Shown: positions 58,921-64,000 of the stretch, one piece after another | How positions within the stretch are numbered: position 1 is the first letter of the stretch | How the letters are laid out: the number at the start of each line of letters is the position of its first letter | NCBI GenBank assembly: GCA_965223295.1 | Contig: CBDCWC010000003.1 | Coordinates: 1,472,001-1,536,000, forward strand | DNA: 64,000 bases | Source of the DNA: Nitrospirales bacterium | Lineage (GTDB): Bacteria > Nitrospirota > Nitrospiria > Nitrospirales > UBA8639 | Direction: 5' to 3' | Translations under genes and position numbers: made by a program | Notes under the pieces: model-generated | Told to the model about the DNA's origin: nothing | Seen by the model: only the letters and a program-made list of their open reading frames with translations | Databases searched by the model: none

Positions 58921-60300
58921 ATGACCTATTATATGATTTTCAGGATGCTTCTTGTTTTGAGTGTTTTTTCGGGAGGAGAAATCGTATTCGGAGCAGGAAA
59001 TCATAGCAAAGAATTCCCCAGTGACTTTGATCGATTGAAGACAATTTTACAGCAACCTAATTCCCTTTCCGCTGCGACCCCTAAATGGTTGGATGTGGGA
59101 GTGGAACATCGCACTCGTTATGGAACGTTTAATCATAGCTTTACCAGAGGGACGGCTGGAAGTAATCAACAAATTCATCAGCGCACAAGAATTCTCATGG
59201 GTATTAAGGATATCTGGGATCCTATGCGGTTTACACTGGAAGCCGCTGATTTTCGCACCCCTGTGGCAGATCGAGGACAAGATCGTAACCCAATTTTTGT
59301 TAATCATCTAGATATTTTTCAGCTCCATATAGATTTGGTGTCTCAGAATTTTTTGGGGTTGGGGCATTCGGGAAAACTTGAGATTGGTCGTATCATCATG
59401 GATTTTGGGAAGGGGCGTTTGGTCGCAGGCCACCGGTTTGGGACGTTTACCCCAACGTTCGATGGTGTGCAATTGACCTTTGGGTCTGATCCCAGCTCTT
59501 TGTGGAATGTTCGGGCCTTTGTCGCGAGACCGGTTCACCGACATTCGGTTAGTCCAGATTGGACCACGCCGATTAGCTACTTTTCAGGTGCGGCGATTTC
59601 AAGCCGGCATGTTCCATGGGCCAATGGAGAGCTGTATCTCTTTCAACTCAATGAAGGAAATAATCTTCAACGGCGCGATCTTTCCACAATGGGATTTCGG
59701 GTCTTTGCTCAGCCAAAGACACAGCAGTGGGATTATGAAATAGAGTCGATCTATCAAGTTGGGAAGGTAGACAAGACAGATCATTTCGCACATCGTCATC
59801 ATGGGGAGGTAGGGTATAGTTTTGGAACGGCGTGGCCGCTTCAGTTTGTGTATCTTTTCGACTATGCATCTGGAGATCCTAATCCAAAAAAGAACTTTGA
59901 TTTTTTGTTTGCCAAACGCCGCGCAGAATATGGGCCAACGGGAATCCTAGGTATTATTTTTCCTTCCAATATTCTTTCCCCTGTGGGTTTCCGTTCAACC
60001 ATCAAGCCCATCCCCACAGTCCAATGGATGATCTCTCATCGCACCTTCTGGCTGGCAGATAGCCGTGGTCCTTTTGTGGGTAGTGGGTTACAGGATTCTA
60101 CAGGTCGAGCAGGCACATTCCTGGGAAATTTGTTCGATACCTCGGTCAATTGGGCTCCGCAAGCAGGCTATTTGCGCCATGCGTCATTCGAAGTGGGATT
60201 TTCTCGTTTTTTCAAAGGCTCCTACTTTAATCGAGTCCCTCAAAGTCCAGGTACTGCGGATGTCAACTATGTGTATACGATGGCGACTCTTTCCTTCTAG
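58921..60300 (+). CDS. alginate-export (AlgE) family outer-membrane porin
   Basis: EHRTRY, GR....G.GRLV, FDG, YASGD, SN, amphipathic strands, terminal Phe. Confidence 0.8.
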   Translation: MTYYMIFRMLLVLSVFSGGEIVFGAGNHSKEFPSDFDRLKTILQQPNSLSAATPKWLDVGVEHRTRYGTFNHSFTRGTAGSNQQIHQRTRILMGIKDIWDPMRFTLEAADFRTPVADRGQDRNPIFVNHLDIFQLHIDLVSQNFLGLGHSGKLEIGRIIMDFGKGRLVAGHRFGTFTPTFDGVQLTFGSDPSSLWNVRAFVARPVHRHSVSPDWTTPISYFSGAAISSRHVPWANGELYLFQLNEGNNLQRRDLSTMGFRVFAQPKTQQWDYEIESIYQVGKVDKTDHFAHRHHGEVGYSFGTAWPLQFVYLFDYASGDPNPKKNFDFLFAKRRAEYGPTGILGIIFPSNILSPVGFRSTIKPIPTVQWMISHRTFWLADSRGPFVGSGLQDSTGRAGTFLGNLFDTSVNWAPQAGYLRHASFEVGFSRFFKGSYFNRVPQSPGTADVNYVYTMATLSF

Positions 60301-60393
60301 CTCCATAACCTGACCTTTCTTTTTTTCAAAGACATTCATGTATCGTGGAGTCAGTGATTCATCATTTAGCACAATTTTTTACTTTTCCTTACC

Positions 60394-60431
60394 GGCTATT
60401 TTCGCACAGTGCATACCGTACGAATTCGCAC
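60394..60431. promoter_or_regulatory. tandem upstream activator-like sites
   Basis: GGCTATTTTCGCAC (60394) and GTACGAATTCGCAC (60418), 24 bp apart. Confidence 0.7.
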
Positions 60432-60557
60432 AGGACACGAGTTTCGTTGAAAAAGGAGAAGGCTTTTCTTCGTTGCTTCGTGTGATGGTTCCGGATTTTA
60501 GTGAGAAATAAGGGGAAAAGACTCTGAATTGCCAATGACCATTTTCCTCATGTTTCA

Positions 60558-60572
60558 TGGCATGTGATTTGC
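60558..60572 (+). promoter_or_regulatory. sigma54 -24/-12 promoter of the SulP gene
   Basis: TGGCAT-GTGAT-TTGC, about 75 bp upstream of ATG 60647. Confidence 0.78.
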
Positions 60573-60646
60573 CCATTATCAAGAAGATTCAGCATTTTTC
60601 ATTCAATTCAAGACAGGCAATAGACTTCATAAAGGACGAATCGGCG

Positions 60647-62446
60647 ATGGATCAGATGATGAAAAGTTTTCGTGAGTATCTCAATACGTTTAACTTCAAA
60701 GAAAATTTTGAGGGATTGACCAGCAATGTGCGTGGGGACATGTTGGCGGGGATCACGGTGGCGATGGTAATCCTCCCGATGGCCTTGGCGTTTGGAGTCG
60801 CTTCAGGTCTTGGAGCTGTCGCGGGGATGTGGTCTGCCGTGGCAGCCGGTCTTGTTGCTGGCCCGTTAAGTGGATCGGCATGGTCGGTTGGCGGACCGAC
60901 GGGGCCAATGACGATTCAAATCCTGACCATTGCGCAGACACATCAAATATCTGATGGTTCTCCTGATTTAGTTTTTATTGCGACGATGATTGCTTTGGCG
61001 GGTTTGATCTTAATTACTCTTGGATTCTTGAAGCTTGGGCAATTTATTAAGTTCACTCCTTATTCTGTTATTTCTGGATTTATGACTGGGCTGGGTTTCC
61101 TGTATATGCTGCTTCAGCTCAATCCGTTTATCGGGTTACCTGGTGCGAAGAGCATTACGGCCGCCATCACAGAATTGCCCTCAACGATTGCACAGGCCTC
61201 CTTGCCGGCATTAGCAATTGGTCTTCTGACCTTAGTGATTGTGGTGATTTGGCCGAAAATTTCACCGGTGACGTGGCTGCCAGGACCGCTAATCGGTTTG
61301 TTTGTTGGGACGGTGGTGGCGACGACGTTGGGGTTAGACATTCCAAAAATTGGAGAGGTGCCAACCGGTTTACCTAAACTCTATTTACCCGATTTTACCG
61401 TTTTTCATGAAGCCTTTGTTCCGGCTGCCGCTCTCGCCGGTCTGTGTATCTTTGATAGTCTGCTCACCTGCCTCATCGTGGATAATATGACCGGAACTCA
61501 TCACAACAGTGACCGGGAACTCGTGGCTCAAGGATCGGCCAACTTATTTTCAGGAATGGTCGGCGGCTTAGGTGGGGCCACTAATACGATGCCTTGTGTG
61601 GTCGGGATTCAGAGTGGAGCAAAGACGCGATTGTGCTCGATCACCATGGGACTGGTTCTCCTTTCATTTATTCTTGGTTTAGGATCTCTGGCGGCTGCAA
61701 TTCCACTTTCTGCTTTGGCGGGGATTCTTCTGAAAGCCGGATATGACATTCTGGATATGCGTGTGCTTCCGGTGGTGCGAAGATTGCCAACCTCTGATCT
61801 CATGGTGTTTGCCCTCGTGGTGCTGATGACGGTTTTTTGGAATTTATTGTCGGCGATGGCGATGGGATTGGCTGTGGCGTTTTTCCGTTTTGTGAAGGAC
61901 CAATCAGATCGTTATAAGGCTGATCTCAATGTACGCAATGAAGACGTGAAGCAGGAAGAGGAAGATCTTATTTTCGCGTTTGGCCGAGATTATGCCCAAC
62001 GGATCAGTCTAAATGGGGCGAATATGGGAGAAATTAGCGGCCGCTTTGAACATCTGGTTCGAGATCGCATTATTATCGTTCGCCCCCATGGTCCCTTATT
62101 TTTCGGGGCCATTGATTGGTTAAATGAAACCGTAGAGGATCTCGAAAACAAAGACGTCCTCATCATTCGTTGTAAGTGGTTGGACGAGCTGGATTTGTCG
62201 GGTGCTTACGCGTTAGGTGACCTCATCGAGGCCGCGAATAGTCGCAATGTTGCAGTATTGACAGCTGGTATGTCGCCTAGGACGAAACAGGTTCTTGAAG
62301 ATTTGCACGAATTGGACAGGCTGGATCCAGATAATATCTGCACACATTTTAATGAGACCCTTGATAAAGCCATGCAAATCGTGGAGAAGAAAGCCCTTCA
62401 GGCCAAATCGAAATCTCAAGCAGAACCAACTCTGTCTTCGGGGTAA
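60647..62446 (+). CDS. SulP/SLC26 anion transporter with STAS domain (BicA-like)
   Basis: GD..AGITVA...LPMALAFG..SG, GPTGPM, DSLLT, DRELVAQG; STAS GPLFFG...DLSG. Confidence 0.92.
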   Translation: MDQMMKSFREYLNTFNFKENFEGLTSNVRGDMLAGITVAMVILPMALAFGVASGLGAVAGMWSAVAAGLVAGPLSGSAWSVGGPTGPMTIQILTIAQTHQISDGSPDLVFIATMIALAGLILITLGFLKLGQFIKFTPYSVISGFMTGLGFLYMLLQLNPFIGLPGAKSITAAITELPSTIAQASLPALAIGLLTLVIVVIWPKISPVTWLPGPLIGLFVGTVVATTLGLDIPKIGEVPTGLPKLYLPDFTVFHEAFVPAAALAGLCIFDSLLTCLIVDNMTGTHHNSDRELVAQGSANLFSGMVGGLGGATNTMPCVVGIQSGAKTRLCSITMGLVLLSFILGLGSLAAAIPLSALAGILLKAGYDILDMRVLPVVRRLPTSDLMVFALVVLMTVFWNLLSAMAMGLAVAFFRFVKDQSDRYKADLNVRNEDVKQEEEDLIFAFGRDYAQRISLNGANMGEISGRFEHLVRDRIIIVRPHGPLFFGAIDWLNETVEDLENKDVLIIRCKWLDELDLSGAYALGDLIEAANSRNVAVLTAGMSPRTKQVLEDLHELDRLDPDNICTHFNETLDKAMQIVEKKALQAKSKSQAEPTLSSG

Positions 62447-62535
62447 GAGTTACCCCGCTTTTTTGGAGAAATATTTTTCACATTGCTTTTTCAATCCCCT
62501 GACTATCAATTTCTGTCTCCAAGGAAAGGGCTCTC

Positions 62536-62720
62536 GTGCCGAAACGTCATAGCATCGCGCATGAACTGGCGCAGAACTTTCTCAATCACATCCCTGTCTG
62601 GCACAAGCTGACCATCCTGGGCTTTCTGTTCGTCGATCCCATCTTGCTGCTTTTGGCTGGCCTATTTGTGACCGGTGGGTGCTTATCTTGGAGTTTATCT
62701 TCACCCCCGCCATGGTCTAC
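62536..62720 (+). pseudogene. nhaB: 5' remnant of Na+/H+ antiporter nhaB, frameshifted
   Basis: NFLNHIPVWHKLTILGFLFVDP; after a frameshift near 62675 continues WVLILEFIFTPAM, matching the NhaB N-terminus, then similarity ends. Confidence 0.75.
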
Positions 62721-62941
62721 TATTCGGAGTATGGAAATGAGTGGGTTGATCTGAAACTCGGGAAAAAACTAGCCATTATATGAAAACTGAGACACTTGGA
62801 AAATAACTCAATTGAAGTCATGGACAAGAACGAAGTCAATATCTTACCTTCACAGTGCTGCAGTTGCTCAAATGATCGGACCTGTATCTTCATGATGTCC
62901 TATCCATTTCTTCAGTGGCATGTGAGGAACTTTTACAGGGT

Positions 62942-64000
62942 ATGAGTAAATTTTTCTTCAATCTTCCTATTGCCAAAAAACTTCTTTTTGTCTCGGCCGT
63001 TCCTATTCTGGCAGTGTTGATATTAAGTCTGGTGACCTATAAAAGTGTGGAGACGTTTTCTCTTGATGAAGATCATCTCAATGAGGTCTATCATATTCAA
63101 AGTGCCTCAGCAGAATATATGCGATTGGTTGTAGATCTTGAAACTGGATTTCGAGGGTATGTGCTTACCGAGCAAGTTCAGTTTTTGCAGCCATATCAAG
63201 CGGCCAAACAACGGGTGTTAGCTTTGGGAAATTCTCTCCGACAAATGGTCGCGTCTGATCCTGTGCAACATAAATTGATTAAATCTGTTCAAAATAATAT
63301 TCATCTGTTGATGACGGACAAGGATCGTCTTATTGAACGGGTAAAAGTGGGACATCCTGAGGAAGCTCGAGAATATATTGAAGCAGAAAAAGGGCGGTTG
63401 CTCATGTTGGCCATTCGTGAAGAGATGGCCAGATTTGATCGTAATGAGATTGAGCAGTTACAACATGCATTAGACAATAGTGCTCAGGATCGTTCAGTGC
63501 TCATGAGCGTTGTGGTAGGTGGGGGTGCGTTGGCCTTGATTTTGATGCTTCTCCCTTTACAACTCATAGCACGATCAATTACGGGACCCTTAACGACCTT
63601 GGTGAAGACGGTAGAAAATTTTTCCGGTGGCCGGATGCCGTCAGTTCCTATTCTGAACAGAAGCGATGAAATTGGAGAGTTGACTCGCGTGATGAATACG
63701 ATGGGCACTCAGATTGATCAGCATATCCAACAAATCCAGAAGTCAGAACAGGAGCTGCGTATCCTGAATCAGGACATTACCTCGTCCGAGGCAAAGTATC
63801 GCGGTATTGTTGATCATGCACCAATTGGGATATTTACCGTCGAGCAGGGTCGTGTGATTTTTAGTAATCGCCAGAATTGGATACTGGCTGGACGAGACCC
63901 CGACCATGTTTTAGACCCGGAACACATATGGGATGCCGTACATCCTGATGATCGGGGAGATGTTCAACGTGTCTTTCATGATGCGCGAAAAGAAGGAGAG
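62942..64000 (+). CDS. membrane sensor (CHASE3-HAMP-PAS), probably a histidine kinase; runs off the window
   Basis: manual translation: MSKFFFNLPIAKKL, TM, DLETGFRGYVLT..FLQPY (CHASE3), TM, SITGPL...DEIGEL (HAMP), SEAKYR..VDHAP...VHPDDR (PAS). Confidence 0.88.
   Translation, partial: MSKFFFNLPIAKKLLFVSAVPILAVLILSLVTYKSVETFSLDEDHLNEVYHIQSASAEYMRLVVDLETGFRGYVLTEQVQFLQPYQAAKQRVLALGNSLRQMVASDPVQHKLIKSVQNNIHLLMTDKDRLIERVKVGHPEEAREYIEAEKGRLLMLAIREEMARFDRNEIEQLQHALDNSAQDRSVLMSVVVGGGALALILMLLPLQLIARSITGPLTTLVKTVENFSGGRMPSVPILNRSDEIGELTRVMNTMGTQIDQHIQQIQKSEQELRILNQDITSSEAKYRGIVDHAPIGIFTVEQGRVIFSNRQNWILAGRDPDHVLDPEHIWDAVHPDDRGDVQRVFHDARKEGE

Noticed and set aside
60557-60646. SulP N-terminal extension from ATG 60557
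   Set aside because: It overlaps the sigma54 promoter; ATG 60647 or 60656 is more plausible
62916-62931. sigma54 promoter TGGCATGTGAGGAAC before the sensor gene
   Set aside because: It has a -24 element but no -12 TTGC
1-64000. CRISPR array, tRNA, rRNA, integrase or transposase
   Set aside because: No regularly spaced repeats, cloverleaf or recombinase motifs were recognised by eye

Overview
Bacterial chromosomal window, most likely Nitrospirota/Nitrospirales. This is inferred from a 2M-type complex I operon (nuoABCDGIJKLMMN) and a Nitrospira-like dispersed repeat. The first 45 kb holds mostly housekeeping and accessory genes: gcvT, FKBP, NUDIX, PhoD, a putative metal-uptake unit led by an RAPP-motif leader, the nuo operon with an extra secreted-protein gene between nuoB and nuoC, a DUF2235 lipase-PilZ fusion, arsM/arsS and HU; gcvP follows at 46-49 kb. 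The most interesting part is about 54.9-64 kb, a candidate sigma54-controlled inorganic-carbon acquisition regulon. It contains an algal-type LCIB beta-carbonic anhydrase, an AlgE-family porin, a SulP/BicA transporter, a decayed nhaB, an unannotated 18-aa peptide, a degenerate NtrC-type regulator and a CHASE3-HAMP-PAS sensor. Four sigma54 -24/-12 motifs in this region each have, upstream, a pair of GTGCG-N4-CGCAC-like sites spaced exactly 24 bp apart. Two MITE families are present: 7 copies of one (four with perfect 5-bp target duplications) and 2 of the other. Several REP-like hairpins also occur. No rRNA, tRNA, CRISPR array or transposase was recognised. All family calls are from motif recognition by eye, not database searches.
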